DNA of 30,617 nt from a virus (lineage: Duplodnaviria > Caudoviricetes). Positions 7,425 through 17,565 of the stretch are shown piece by piece. Every line of letters begins with the position of its first letter. Position 1 is the stretch's first letter. Made by a program: the position numbers and the translations under genes. The stretch is from IMG/VR virus record IMGVR_UViG_3300012352_000441, positions 1 to 30,617 of that record. The stretch is one strand, 5' to 3'. The notes beneath the pieces are model-generated. The model searched no databases and was not told the DNA's origin. It worked only from the letters and a program-made list of their open reading frames with translations.

Positions 7425-7947
7425 CGATTTAGGAATAACAGGCAACGCAGCTCCACAAAGTGAGTATGAAAAGCTGATACTTGGAATCGCAAACGACGTA
7501 ACACAAAAGCTACGCGAAGCCATACTAGCCAAAGCAAGCAACTCAGGCGCACTCGCTCAATCGGTTGCCTACTTCCCAACGGGTGTGCTATCTTTCCAAA
7601 TACAAGCGGATAGCTACTATAATTTTGTTGATGAGGGCGTGAATGCCCTACCCGCCAAAGAGGGCTACACCTATCGCAGGCCTCAAATGAAAGGCTCGCC
7701 TTATTCCTTCCGTTATGCTGGCGTTAGCTCCACAATGGCAAAAGCCATTCAAGGGTGGAAAGGGGGCGACATGCGCCAAGCATACGCAACGGCATACAGC
7801 ATAAAGCGGCACGGCTTGCAAGCTAAACGCATTACTGAAATGGTTTTTACTGATGAACTACTCACCAGCATAGGCGACGACCTTACCGCGCTCACAGGCT
7901 TACAATTCGACGTTAAATTTGAACGAAACACTAACACATGGCAATAA
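7411..7947 (+). CDS. Virion morphogenesis/tail-completion (neck) protein, putative
   Basis: SG.LAQS..Y...Y.NFVDEGV...AYATAYSIKRHG pattern resembles HK97 gp10-like neck proteins. Confidence 0.5.
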   Translation: MVNLSDLGITGNAAPQSEYEKLILGIANDVTQKLREAILAKASNSGALAQSVAYFPTGVLSFQIQADSYYNFVDEGVNALPAKEGYTYRRPQMKGSPYSFRYAGVSSTMAKAIQGWKGGDMRQAYATAYSIKRHGLQAKRITEMVFTDELLTSIGDDLTALTGLQFDVKFERNTNTWQ

Positions 7948-9143
7948 CATTAACGCAGGGCCCTCAAAGAGTAGCGCCCGGGTGCAATCCTTATGAATGG
8001 ACATTTAGCAGCACCGAGGCAGCACAGTCTAATTTCAGCTTCATTGTAAAGCTGTATATAAATGGCGTGTATCATTCGACACATGAAACCTTTTTAGAGA
8101 CAACCGATAGCGGTAAGTTTAATGCCGAAGGCGTGCTTCGCAGCTACCTAAGTTCCGATTTGATAACTAACGGCGCATTGCTTACAAACTACTTCAATGC
8201 CTTTGCAAAGGTATACATTGAGGTGTTTGAGAAATACGGCGCCCCGCCCGCTTTGGAGGATTCGGAAACGGCAACGGCTTTAGTAGCCATAAATGCCGCG
8301 CTTACTCATGTGGATTTCATAAATTGGGACTATCGCAATTACGACGCATCGCGCAGCAATCCGTTTACAGCATTTCCGAATACGGTTGATTTCTTGACAT
8401 CTTGGCCGCGATCTAAAAAGGCATTTGTTGGCCTAGACCAACGCGCTTTTTTAGGGGTGCTTTCGCTTGCTAAAAATATCGACTTTGAATTTGTGCTATA
8501 CGATTTATTTGGCGCCGTTGTGGATTCCGATACGATAAACATTTTAACTAATGAGCTGGTTGTTATCGACTGCTCACCAAGCACAATCGCGGCCAACACT
8601 TCCATTTTGCCGAGCTCATTTGATGACTCAGCTTACTACACGGTGCAGGCCAAAGGACTTGGCGCAGGAACTAACACGGGATTCAGCGAGGTCTTTACCT
8701 TTTGGTTAGATTTCGACTGCAAGCGCTACCCGATTAGGCGCCTGCATTGGCTCAATAAGTTTGGCGTATGGGATTCTTTCAGCTTTGAAATGGATAGTGT
8801 TGAAAGCGCTGAGGTTACGGCCCAAGATTACGAAAGAAACAAAGGCGCATGGATTGAAGGTGGGCATACATACCCGATTTATCAGGGTCAAAACGTAACG
8901 GCCTCCAAACAATCCACAGCGCAAATGCTACTCAATAGCGACTGGATAGCACCCGAGGTGCAGCAATGGCTTGTTGCTTCGTTATTTGAAAGCCCTAAGG
9001 TATATCTTGAAACCCCGAGCGGATTTGAGCCCGTCAAGGTTACAAATACTAGCTATCAACTCAAAACGCGTAAGCGCAACGGATTGATTCAAGAGCAAGT
9101 AACACTTGAGCGCACTTACACTTATCAAAGCCAATTGAACTAA
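7938..9143 (+). CDS. Tail/baseplate structural protein
   Basis: 401 aa, beta-rich. WLNKFGVWDSF.F...L.SDWI......L..L.ESP.VY is typical of Bacteroidota siphophage tail proteins. Confidence 0.65.
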   Translation: MAITLTQGPQRVAPGCNPYEWTFSSTEAAQSNFSFIVKLYINGVYHSTHETFLETTDSGKFNAEGVLRSYLSSDLITNGALLTNYFNAFAKVYIEVFEKYGAPPALEDSETATALVAINAALTHVDFINWDYRNYDASRSNPFTAFPNTVDFLTSWPRSKKAFVGLDQRAFLGVLSLAKNIDFEFVLYDLFGAVVDSDTINILTNELVVIDCSPSTIAANTSILPSSFDDSAYYTVQAKGLGAGTNTGFSEVFTFWLDFDCKRYPIRRLHWLNKFGVWDSFSFEMDSVESAEVTAQDYERNKGAWIEGGHTYPIYQGQNVTASKQSTAQMLLNSDWIAPEVQQWLVASLFESPKVYLETPSGFEPVKVTNTSYQLKTRKRNGLIQEQVTLERTYTYQSQLN

Positions 9144-11416
9144 TGGACACAGAACTATACATAAATGGCCAGCTTGTCCAATTAGCGGAGCGGCCGACGT
9201 TCCCGTTTTCTTTTAGCGTTACCGAGCTAGCTGATTTATCAAAGCGCAGCGGCGCGAGCTCCAAAACCATAACACTACCGGGCACGGCAATTAATCAGGC
9301 GCTATTCAATAGCATCTTTCAAATGACCTCAGCGGCCGACCCAAACGGGCAGCAAAGCACGCTGATTGATTTTGACCCTACAATCAAAGCGCCTGCACAG
9401 GTGTATCAAAAGGGCTTACTGCAATTCAACGGAACCGCGCAGCTACTTTCATGTAAACGCAACGGCGGCTTTTGGACGTTTGAGGTTTCACTCGTTAGCG
9501 AGGTTATCGACTACATTTCACGCTTGCAGCAAATCAAAGTAAATGAGCTCGATTTTAGCGAGTTCGACCATCCTTTAGTGTTAGCTCGAGTTACAGAAAC
9601 TTGGTCGGGATTGAACTATATTAATGGCATCAGCACCTCAGTTAAGACGGGCAGTGATTGGCAAGGCATCGGCTACTATTATGGCCTTATTGATTACGGA
9701 TTCCCGCGCAACCAACCCGAGAAATTCGACATTGACCAAATACCACTTCAAGTATTTTTATACGGCATACTGCAAAAGCTATTCATAAAAGCAGGCTTGA
9801 CTTGGGATAGCGAATTTTTAGAAAGCGCGTTCTTTAAGCGTAGAGCGTTAGCCTACCAAGGCGGCCAAAAGCCAGCAATCACACCCGCGCAGGCTTTGAA
9901 TGATAGTGCGCTCAACGCTGAGATAAGCGCAGGCCCTTACATCATTGAGGCGCAGCAGTCGGGCACCGTTGTACTTGTATTTGATAACGGCACTGAAAAC
10001 TATTTACCTTCATTTGGCACAGCTACTTTTGCCGATGCGATTGATATTTTTGTAGTTACCGATTTGCGATCACAAATGGTCGGCCAAGTACCTGCATTAT
10101 TTCGTGCGGCGGTTCGCGGCTTGTTTAATTTCCACTATGTTGGCCGCCATGTTATCGACTTAAATTTTGATTTAGGTGGCGCCACAATAACGAGCATAAA
10201 CGGCACCTACACGCTTCGCGCAGTCATCTACAAGAATAACGCTGTGCTGGCAATTGAAGACGTTTATACGGGCCCAATTACATCGACAGCGCTAAGCCAA
10301 TCCTTTACAATAGACTTCGATTATGCGCGTCAATTCAATGCAGAAATAAACGACGAAGTGCGCGTATCACTTCGCCTTGTCATGGCGTTCACAGGCATGG
10401 ACCTCGCGAGCTATTCAGGGCAAAACATCAGCTACTCAGTGCAAGTTTCAAGTATTGACACCCAAGTCAACTTTGAAAAGCAAGCCGCCGAACTTACAGC
10501 AGGCAGCACGGTCTACTTATCCGCGTTGCTTCCCGACTTGACAGGTGCCGATTTCTTTAATGGTCTTTGCAAAATGTATAATTTATTGGTGTCGCCTGAT
10601 AAGTTCGAGCCAACAAAATTGATGATTGAGCCGTTTACTGATTACTACAAGCCAAGCAATGAAGCGCTCATTGTTACGCAAAAGCTCGACGAAAAAGAAC
10701 AAATTGAAATAGTACCATCGGTCAACTTTGCGTCAAAACGTTACTTGTTTAATTTTGCTGATTCATCTGATTTCTACAATCAAAAGTATCAGAACGAACA
10801 GGGCGGCCAATACGGAGCTTTTGAGCTTGTCAATGAGGCGCAGTTAGTCAACAGCGAAACAAAATACTTATTGCCATTTCAGCAGGTTCCGCTTGCTGAC
10901 ATTCCGCAAAACGAAACCAGCTACACAGGCTTGGTGGTGCCGCGTTTATTCTCGGCCACAACCGACGAGCTAGGCGTAACAACCGTGCAGCCATACAAAG
11001 GCAAGCCCTTCATTGTTCAGGTCGGCAGGCTTCGAGATGTTCACTTTAAAATCAAAGACGAGGCAGGCACTTCACACAATTACAGCGCTTACCCGTATGT
11101 CGGTCATTTGGATGACATTGACGAGCCTACGTTTGATGACAATTTCGGAGTTCCTGAGGTTGTTTATTACTCGTCGCCAAGCTATCCGCAAAGAAATCTA
11201 TATGAATATCATGAGCAATTTATCAAAGAGCTTGTTTCGCGTTACGGCCGCTTAGTCAAATGCTCAATGCGATGGAACGAAGCGGATATTTACGCGCTCG
11301 ATTTCCGCTATTTACTCAATCTTGACGGCGTTATTTATCGCCTTCAAAAGATACAGGACTACAATCCAACAAACGACAACTCAACAAAAACCGAATTACT
11401 CAAATACATAGGATAA
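9143..11416 (+). CDS. Large tail/baseplate hub protein
   Basis: 757 aa. ELYING...R.G..SKTI.LPGT..N...F start, YYYGLIDYG, and YRLQKI.DYNP.....TK.ELLK end. Confidence 0.7.
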   Translation: MDTELYINGQLVQLAERPTFPFSFSVTELADLSKRSGASSKTITLPGTAINQALFNSIFQMTSAADPNGQQSTLIDFDPTIKAPAQVYQKGLLQFNGTAQLLSCKRNGGFWTFEVSLVSEVIDYISRLQQIKVNELDFSEFDHPLVLARVTETWSGLNYINGISTSVKTGSDWQGIGYYYGLIDYGFPRNQPEKFDIDQIPLQVFLYGILQKLFIKAGLTWDSEFLESAFFKRRALAYQGGQKPAITPAQALNDSALNAEISAGPYIIEAQQSGTVVLVFDNGTENYLPSFGTATFADAIDIFVVTDLRSQMVGQVPALFRAAVRGLFNFHYVGRHVIDLNFDLGGATITSINGTYTLRAVIYKNNAVLAIEDVYTGPITSTALSQSFTIDFDYARQFNAEINDEVRVSLRLVMAFTGMDLASYSGQNISYSVQVSSIDTQVNFEKQAAELTAGSTVYLSALLPDLTGADFFNGLCKMYNLLVSPDKFEPTKLMIEPFTDYYKPSNEALIVTQKLDEKEQIEIVPSVNFASKRYLFNFADSSDFYNQKYQNEQGGQYGAFELVNEAQLVNSETKYLLPFQQVPLADIPQNETSYTGLVVPRLFSATTDELGVTTVQPYKGKPFIVQVGRLRDVHFKIKDEAGTSHNYSAYPYVGHLDDIDEPTFDDNFGVPEVVYYSSPSYPQRNLYEYHEQFIKELVSRYGRLVKCSMRWNEADIYALDFRYLLNLDGVIYRLQKIQDYNPTNDNSTKTELLKYIG

Positions 11417-13923
11417 TGGCAGACAAGCAAGCAGTTTACACTGTCCGAGTGGACACAGGCAACACAATTAACGACATCAATTCATTTGACAATGCGCTTA
11501 ACAACCTCAATAAGGACATAAATACAACGCAAACGGAGCTAAAAGACAGCTCAGCAACCGATGACTTTGCACAACAGCTCGATGCGCTGAATAAAAAGGT
11601 CGAGGCTGGAGGTCTTACCATGCGTCAACTCGGCAAAGTGGTACGCGAATACCAATCAATTGCCATCGCTGCAGGGGACAGCTCACCAATTGGTCAGGAT
11701 GCCATTAGGGCAGCGGCTGAGCTTACTGATAGAATGGGCGACATTCGAAGCCAAACAACGGCTTTGAGTTCTGATTTTGTAGGCCTAGACACCGCGGTTA
11801 TGGGTATTCAAACGGGAGCGGCTGTATTTGAGGGAGTGCAAAGCGCCATTGCCTTAACGGGTGTAGAGAATGAGAACCTGATGAAAACAATGGTAAAACT
11901 GCAAGCTGTGCAGGGAGTAGCCAACTCAATAAATACCATCGCTGTGGCACTGAACAAAGAAAGCGTGCTCGGCTTGCAATTACGTACAGCATGGGAAAGG
12001 CTTTACACAATCGCAGTAGGGCAATCCACAGGCGCCATGAAAATACTTCGCATTGCTATGTTGTCCACAGGCATCGGCGCGCTAGTTGTGGGCGTTGGTT
12101 TGCTCATTACAAACTTTGACAAAATTGTCAAGTTCGGGCAAATGGTCTATCAAAAATTTCAACAACTTGCAAATGCGGGGGGTGTTCTTGGCGCCATCTT
12201 AAAACCAATCTCAGGTATTTTTTGGGGCATTGGTAAGGCGATGGAATATTTCGGAGTTGTGGATTCAGCAACTGAAAAGAAAGCAAAGCGTAACGCTGAG
12301 GCTCGCAGCGCTCACGCCAAGAAAGAAGCCGACTTAAACATCAAAGAGCTACAACGTCAACAGGATAAAATCGCAGCGCGTTACGACCATGAAATCAACA
12401 TGGCCAAAGCGGCAGGAAAAGACACCACGGCACTCGAGCAAAAGAAACGCACTGAGATGCTGAAAACAGGTCGAGCCATCCTAGCGGAGCTCAAAGTAAA
12501 GCAAGACGCTTACAGGGCAGAACTTGACCTACTTATCAAATTAGGGGATGCCGATAGTAAGAGAGCAAAGGACTTGAAAAAGCAAATAAGCGAAGGCAAC
12601 AAAGACATTAAAGACCAGTACAAGGCAAACACGGACAATGCAAATGCTATTGAGGTGGCTAACGCTGAGGCAGTCAAGAAGGCTAATGATCGTGCAAGTG
12701 AGCGTAAGAAAAAAAGAGATGAAGAACTCGCGCAAATCAAAGGCTTCTTGGCCGATGCACAAACGCTTACCATGACATCAGAAGAAAAGGAGTTCAAAGC
12801 TATTCAAGATAAATACACCGCGGAAATCGCCTTAGCTACCAAACATTACGGCGCGCAATCCGAACAGGTGCAGACGCTGAAAATAGCACAAATGAATGCC
12901 GAAAATGACCTCAATTTAAAATACCAAAACGAGGCCTATGCCAAGCAAAAAGAAGCTGACGATAAGAAGCTAAAGGAAACGGAAGAAACCGAAAAGGAGC
13001 GGCTTGCTTTGGTGGCTCAGTATGAAAAGCTGATAATGGACGAATACCAACTAGAGCTACGCAATTTTGAAGACACCCAAGCCGAAGAACGCAAAGCACT
13101 TGACAAGGCATTACAAGAAAAGCTAATCACCGAAGACCAACACAAAAAAGGCATCGAAGTACTCGAGGCGCAGCATGCCAAAAAGGTTGAGGAAATCAAC
13201 AAGAAAAAGAACGACGCTATAAAAGCTCAAGACAAAAAGACCCTAGAGGAAAAGCTCGCGTCGATTCAAAACATGCTAGACATAGCGCAAAAAGCACTTG
13301 ACCAATTAGGCGCTTTGAATGACCTTGTCAAAGTAGCCGAGGAAAACCGATTGAATGACATCAAACAAAGCGCTGAGCAACAAAACGCGGTGCTTGCCCA
13401 ACAACAAGAAACTGAGCTATCGCGCCAAGGATTGACTGAGCAACAAAAGCAGGCTATCAATGACAAATACGCAAGGCTTAAATACCAAACTGATTTGCGG
13501 GCATTCCAAGAAGAGGATAAGATTAAGCGCTCGCAGTTCCAACGAGACAAGGCGCTGCGTATTGCTCAAATCGCAATGGACACAGCAAGCGCAATCGTCA
13601 AAGCGGTGGCGACTTCTCCCGCAACATTCGGTATGCCATTTAGTGGCTTTGCAGCGGCGCTAGGCGTAACCCAAGCGGCGGCGGTGGCAGCTCAACAATA
13701 CCAAGGCGGCTCAATGCCTCAAATGCCAAACTTGTCGGGTGGAGTCGGAGCGGGCGCGTCGAGCTTTAGCGTTGGCACCAATACCCAAACAACAACAACC
13801 AACACGCAAACCAACACACAAACGACGCCAATGGTTACGCCTGTTGTTGTGCTCGAGGTCAATGACTTTAATGAAGTGGCCAACAAAGTGGCTGTGCAGG
13901 AAGCAAAATCAATGTTTGGATAA
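11416..13923 (+). CDS. Tail tape measure protein
   Basis: 835 aa, Ala/Lys/Glu/Gln-rich coiled coil with hydrophobic segments (STGIGALVVGVGLLI); lies in the tail cluster. Confidence 0.85.
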   Translation: MADKQAVYTVRVDTGNTINDINSFDNALNNLNKDINTTQTELKDSSATDDFAQQLDALNKKVEAGGLTMRQLGKVVREYQSIAIAAGDSSPIGQDAIRAAAELTDRMGDIRSQTTALSSDFVGLDTAVMGIQTGAAVFEGVQSAIALTGVENENLMKTMVKLQAVQGVANSINTIAVALNKESVLGLQLRTAWERLYTIAVGQSTGAMKILRIAMLSTGIGALVVGVGLLITNFDKIVKFGQMVYQKFQQLANAGGVLGAILKPISGIFWGIGKAMEYFGVVDSATEKKAKRNAEARSAHAKKEADLNIKELQRQQDKIAARYDHEINMAKAAGKDTTALEQKKRTEMLKTGRAILAELKVKQDAYRAELDLLIKLGDADSKRAKDLKKQISEGNKDIKDQYKANTDNANAIEVANAEAVKKANDRASERKKKRDEELAQIKGFLADAQTLTMTSEEKEFKAIQDKYTAEIALATKHYGAQSEQVQTLKIAQMNAENDLNLKYQNEAYAKQKEADDKKLKETEETEKERLALVAQYEKLIMDEYQLELRNFEDTQAEERKALDKALQEKLITEDQHKKGIEVLEAQHAKKVEEINKKKNDAIKAQDKKTLEEKLASIQNMLDIAQKALDQLGALNDLVKVAEENRLNDIKQSAEQQNAVLAQQQETELSRQGLTEQQKQAINDKYARLKYQTDLRAFQEEDKIKRSQFQRDKALRIAQIAMDTASAIVKAVATSPATFGMPFSGFAAALGVTQAAAVAAQQYQGGSMPQMPNLSGGVGAGASSFSVGTNTQTTTTNTQTNTQTTPMVTPVVVLEVNDFNEVANKVAVQEAKSMFG

Positions 13924-13944
13924 CAACACAAAAACACAATAAGT

Positions 13945-14574
13945 ATGAAAAGAGACCTACCATTATACGACATAGGCATCGACCTAAACGACCCCGAAAC
14001 AACGGTATCATTTAACAGCCTTGTCAAATCGCCTGCGCATGAAAAGCAGTTCGAGACCTTCAGCTCAAAGCAGCATTATCAGTTCAATGACGATGAGCAA
14101 AGCATCACGGGTGTAATGATAGCAGCCGACACGCCGATTTATCGCTACGATTCAAAGACCAAAGAAGAATATTACGTACAATTTGGCAAGCAAGCGATTA
14201 AGGATATTGTATTTGACTACGCCCGACGTGGCAATTTCAACAACGTAAACATTGAGCACGACGGCAAGCAAGTCGTTGACGGCATTTTTATGACCATGCT
14301 GTACACTATCGACGAGGCAAAAGGATTCACGGCGCCTGAAAGGTTTAAAGATGAGACCGACGGCACAGTCATTTGCAGCTATAAAATCACCGACGCAGAT
14401 GTTTACCAGCGCGCCAAAGATGGTGAGTTCAAAGGCTTTTCAATTGAGGGCGTTTTTGCCCTATATGACAGCGGTAAAACGTCGGATGGATTCAGCAATC
14501 ATGAAACCGAAATAGATGCGTTTATCAGCGGCCTGGAAGCAATTGTAAAACAGCTTAGCACAATAAGTAAATAG
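13945..14574 (+). CDS. Prohead protease (XkdF-like)
   Basis: SLV.SPA.E..F, G.M.AD.PIYR, N.EH, and GEFKGFSIEG motifs. Confidence 0.8.
   Translation: MKRDLPLYDIGIDLNDPETTVSFNSLVKSPAHEKQFETFSSKQHYQFNDDEQSITGVMIAADTPIYRYDSKTKEEYYVQFGKQAIKDIVFDYARRGNFNNVNIEHDGKQVVDGIFMTMLYTIDEAKGFTAPERFKDETDGTVICSYKITDADVYQRAKDGEFKGFSIEGVFALYDSGKTSDGFSNHETEIDAFISGLEAIVKQLSTISK
14549..14566 (+). promoter_or_regulatory. Candidate late-promoter motif (copy 2) upstream of the scaffold/capsid genes
   Basis: AACAGCttaGCACAATAA. Confidence 0.5.
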
Positions 14575-14592
14575 AAAGTAAATAGAAACTTT

Positions 14593-15417
14593 ATGAAAGA
14601 GAAATTCGAAAAGATTAAAAGTCTGTTTGCCACCATCACTAAAATGATAGGCAAATTTTTTGAGACTACCCTAGAGGATGGCACATTGCTCAAATGGGAA
14701 GGCGACCTTACGGTTGGCACACCTGTATTTGTTGTTGATGGCGAAAACGAAGTGCCTGCCCCTGAGGGAACACACGTACTTGTAGAAATGGACAACATGA
14801 GCATTGTTTTAGATGCTGATGGCGTTGTCATTGAAATCATTGAAGCGGTTAGCCAAAGCAAAGAAGAGAACGCAGCCGAGGGCTCGGAAGTATTCAGCAA
14901 AAAAGCCGTTGAGCATTTTGCAGAAATCTCACAAGTATCAATGTGGTCAATGAATGTAGACCAAGAAAGCATTGAGATTGGCACCAAACTTACCTATTCT
15001 TATACATACGGCGAAACAACCGATGTTTACACACTATCCGCAGGTGAATACCAAGACGCAAACGGCCGTCGTTTCTTGGTTGATGCTAACGGAGTAGTAC
15101 AAATGTTCCTAGAAGCATCAACAGCGGCACAAGTTCAAAGCTCTGATGAGCAAATGAGCGCGGCCATTGCTGAGCTGAAAGCGACTAACTCAAACCTATT
15201 TGCTGCCGCTAAGGAATTGCAAAGCGTTGTTGAGTTGATGAGCGCTGAAAACGGAACGCTTAAAGAGGAGTTGAGCACTCTAACTACTCGCTTCAATGCA
15301 CTTGCAAGCAAGCCGTCTGATAAAGGCAGCGAAACGCAGCGCATCACACGTGAGGAGAGCAAGTTTACAGCTCAACAAAAAAGGCTACTTGATGCCGCAA
15401 AACAAGAACGTAAATAA
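14593..15417 (+). CDS. Capsid scaffolding protein
   Basis: Lies between protease and capsid. Acidic, with LEDGT...G.PVFV...PAPEG.H, a C-terminal coiled coil and a basic end. Confidence 0.7.
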   Translation: MKEKFEKIKSLFATITKMIGKFFETTLEDGTLLKWEGDLTVGTPVFVVDGENEVPAPEGTHVLVEMDNMSIVLDADGVVIEIIEAVSQSKEENAAEGSEVFSKKAVEHFAEISQVSMWSMNVDQESIEIGTKLTYSYTYGETTDVYTLSAGEYQDANGRRFLVDANGVVQMFLEASTAAQVQSSDEQMSAAIAELKATNSNLFAAAKELQSVVELMSAENGTLKEELSTLTTRFNALASKPSDKGSETQRITREESKFTAQQKRLLDAAKQERK

Positions 15418-15443
15418 TTTTTAAACCCCAAAAACAAACAAAA

Positions 15444-16412
15444 ATGGCTTCTTTAAAATCCATCATTAAATCCAAGTTTGACTACGATGTGTCAGACCTA
15501 ACGGCTTACGTTGACGACCAACAAGCTGAATTAGTTACACGCTCAGTATCTGAGGCGGTAACATTGAACTACATCCGCACCCAAGAGGGCGTTAAAGGTT
15601 CGCAAGACATCAAATTGCTCAATGATGAAGTAATTTACCAAGCGGCTGACTGCGATATGACTGACCAAGGTGATACGGTCTTTTCTGATCGCAAAATCAC
15701 AACCGTTGCAATCGGTTTCAAAAAAGGCTTTTGTAACAAAGACCTCGACGGATTCTGGACGCAATTAGCACTCCGTCCGGGTGCAATGGCTGAGGATAAA
15801 GAACTCCCTTTTGAGGCTGCAATCACTGACTATTTGATGCGCTTAAATGCGGTTCAATTGGATAAATTGATTTGGCAAGGTAACACCTCAACAGGTACAG
15901 GCAACCTTCAGTGGTTCAATGGCTTCAAAACCATCTTAACCGTTGCAAATGGTTGTGTTGATTTAAACCCTTCTGACATCACGTCAATTACCAACTCTAA
16001 CGCTTACGACATTTTTTACGGATGTTACTCTAACATGAGCGATGCTATCATGGAAAGCGACGAGAAAATTGCTTTCACTTCACGTGGCAACTTTGACAAG
16101 TTGATGAAGAATCTCGTTGACCTCAACTTCTTCCATTACTCACCTGCGGCTATCGCTGCAATGAATGAAGTAATCATTCCGGGTACTGATTTGACGGTTG
16201 TTAAAACACCAGGTCTTGCTGGCACAACTGAAATCTTTGTTGGTAAGCGTTCACACTTCGTATTCGGTACTGACTTGGCTACTGATTCGGCTTCTTATGA
16301 ATTGTGGTACTCGCAAGATGACGACAAGCTCTACATCCGCTCTAAAATGCGCGGTGGTGTACAGGTTCCGTTTACAAACGAAATCGGCGTCTTCAAATTA
16401 CACACAGCCTAA
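15444..16412 (+). CDS. Major capsid protein
   Basis: 322 aa after the scaffold. FC.KDL...W, LPFEA.I, LIWQG.T and FGTDL..D patterns; followed by a terminator. Confidence 0.85.
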   Translation: MASLKSIIKSKFDYDVSDLTAYVDDQQAELVTRSVSEAVTLNYIRTQEGVKGSQDIKLLNDEVIYQAADCDMTDQGDTVFSDRKITTVAIGFKKGFCNKDLDGFWTQLALRPGAMAEDKELPFEAAITDYLMRLNAVQLDKLIWQGNTSTGTGNLQWFNGFKTILTVANGCVDLNPSDITSITNSNAYDIFYGCYSNMSDAIMESDEKIAFTSRGNFDKLMKNLVDLNFFHYSPAAIAAMNEVIIPGTDLTVVKTPGLAGTTEIFVGKRSHFVFGTDLATDSASYELWYSQDDDKLYIRSKMRGGVQVPFTNEIGVFKLHTA

Positions 16413-16424
16413 TCATTGAAATTC

Positions 16425-16450
16425 AAAGGGGAGGCAACTCCCCTTTATTT
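16425..16450 (+). terminator. Intrinsic terminator after the capsid gene
   Basis: AAAGGGGAG-GCAA-CTCCCCTTT-ATTT. Confidence 0.8.
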
Positions 16451-16473
16451 GCTCACTTAAAATTTAAATAATT

Positions 16474-16995
16474 ATGTCTTGTGGACTTACAGCAGGTTGG
16501 AATGACAGGATTTGCACCAACGGAAAAGGCGGTATCAAATCAGTTTTATTTTTCACCAAAGACCAAATTTCTGGCAACCCTACAAAAGTAGGCAACGAGG
16601 TTACTGCGATGACCGTTACAGGTGATACATACCTCTACAAATTGAAGCGCGACCTTTCAAGTGCAACTTACCCGCCGCGCGTTAATGACAACGGCGCGTT
16701 GTATTATGAGGAAACTCTCACAATTGTGTTGAATAACGACACTAAAGAGCTTCGCGCTGAAATCAACTTGCTTGCTCAAAATGAGCTTGTAGCAGTTGTT
16801 GAAAAGCGTGACGGCTCAATCATTGTGCTTGGTTTAGACCAAGGCTTGCAAATGCGTGAAGCATCTGAAGCGGGCACAGGAACGGCAGTAAGCGACCGCA
16901 ATGGCCATACTTTGGTATTTACTTCAATGGAGGATAACGAAGTGCCTGACATGGCAACAGCGCTTTACACCACCTTGTTGGCTCAAGCAGCTTAA
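16474..16995 (+). CDS. Major tail (tube) protein
   Basis: MSC.LT.G....C....GGIK.V, NG..YYE..L.I.L, and GTG.A.SD.NG.TL.F...E patterns, typical of Bacteroidota siphophage tube proteins. Confidence 0.7.
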   Translation: MSCGLTAGWNDRICTNGKGGIKSVLFFTKDQISGNPTKVGNEVTAMTVTGDTYLYKLKRDLSSATYPPRVNDNGALYYEETLTIVLNNDTKELRAEINLLAQNELVAVVEKRDGSIIVLGLDQGLQMREASEAGTGTAVSDRNGHTLVFTSMEDNEVPDMATALYTTLLAQAA

Positions 16996-17014
16996 TCAAA
17001 CTGATTCACTAATC

Positions 17015-17046
17015 AAAAAGGCAAGGTTCACGCTTTGCCTTTTTTT
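17015..17046 (+). terminator. Intrinsic terminator after the tail tube gene
   Basis: AAAAAGGCAAGG-ttcacg-CTTTGCCTTTTT followed by further Ts. Confidence 0.8.
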
Positions 17047-17047
17047 A

Positions 17048-17055
17048 TACCTTTG
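17048..17055 (+). promoter_or_regulatory. Bacteroidota -7 element TACCTTTG
   Basis: TAnnTTTG directly after the terminator, 5 nt before ATG 17061. Confidence 0.5.
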
Positions 17056-17060
17056 AAATC

Positions 17061-17270
17061 ATGGCGAAAATTAGAAAAGAGTGCTTAGGCATTCAAATGA
17101 AATCACCCCTAGTAAACAAATGGTTTACAATCCAAGAAGGTGAAGAGGCGACCTATAAGGCGCTAGGCTTTGACGTATTCGAAACCAAGAAAAAACCCGC
17201 GAAAAATGCTGATAGTTTACAAGGGGCAACCCAACCAAATAGTGGTAACAGCGACGGAGCTGGCAACTGA
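17061..17270 (+). CDS. Hypothetical protein
   Basis: 69-aa ORF with a promoter immediately upstream. Confidence 0.6.
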   Translation: MAKIRKECLGIQMKSPLVNKWFTIQEGEEATYKALGFDVFETKKKPAKNADSLQGATQPNSGNSDGAGN

Positions 17271-17565
17271 AATCGACCCGATTTTTGTATTTGAGTTTAC
17301 TCACCATCAAAGCACTGAGCAAGTTGGTCCCGTTGTGCTAAACAATGAAAGCCTTTCACCTGAGCGTTACGATGAGTTTATCATTGATGAGGGCGTAAAC
17401 GTTACCTTTCCTTATACAGGCGACTACACTTATCGAGTGATTGAACAACAGACAAGCACATTATTAGAGGTGGGCAGGCTAATTGTAAAAGCAGCACAGG
17501 CAGCCGACGATATTTACCAAAACGACATAACCAGCACCATATACGATGGAGAGCAAACCAATTAA
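17206..17565 (+). CDS. Hypothetical virion protein (start reassigned to ATG 17206)
   Basis: VT.TE......F.FEF...S...ERYDEF.I.E...GDY.Y.V.EQ...LE.GR; overlaps the portal start. Confidence 0.65.
   Translation: MLIVYKGQPNQIVVTATELATEIDPIFVFEFTHHQSTEQVGPVVLNNESLSPERYDEFIIDEGVNVTFPYTGDYTYRVIEQQTSTLLEVGRLIVKAAQAADDIYQNDITSTIYDGEQTN

Noticed and set aside
14565-14586. 11-bp tandem repeat AAGTAAATAGA x2
   Set aside because: Only two copies in AT-rich sequence at a gene boundary; probably a slippage duplication.
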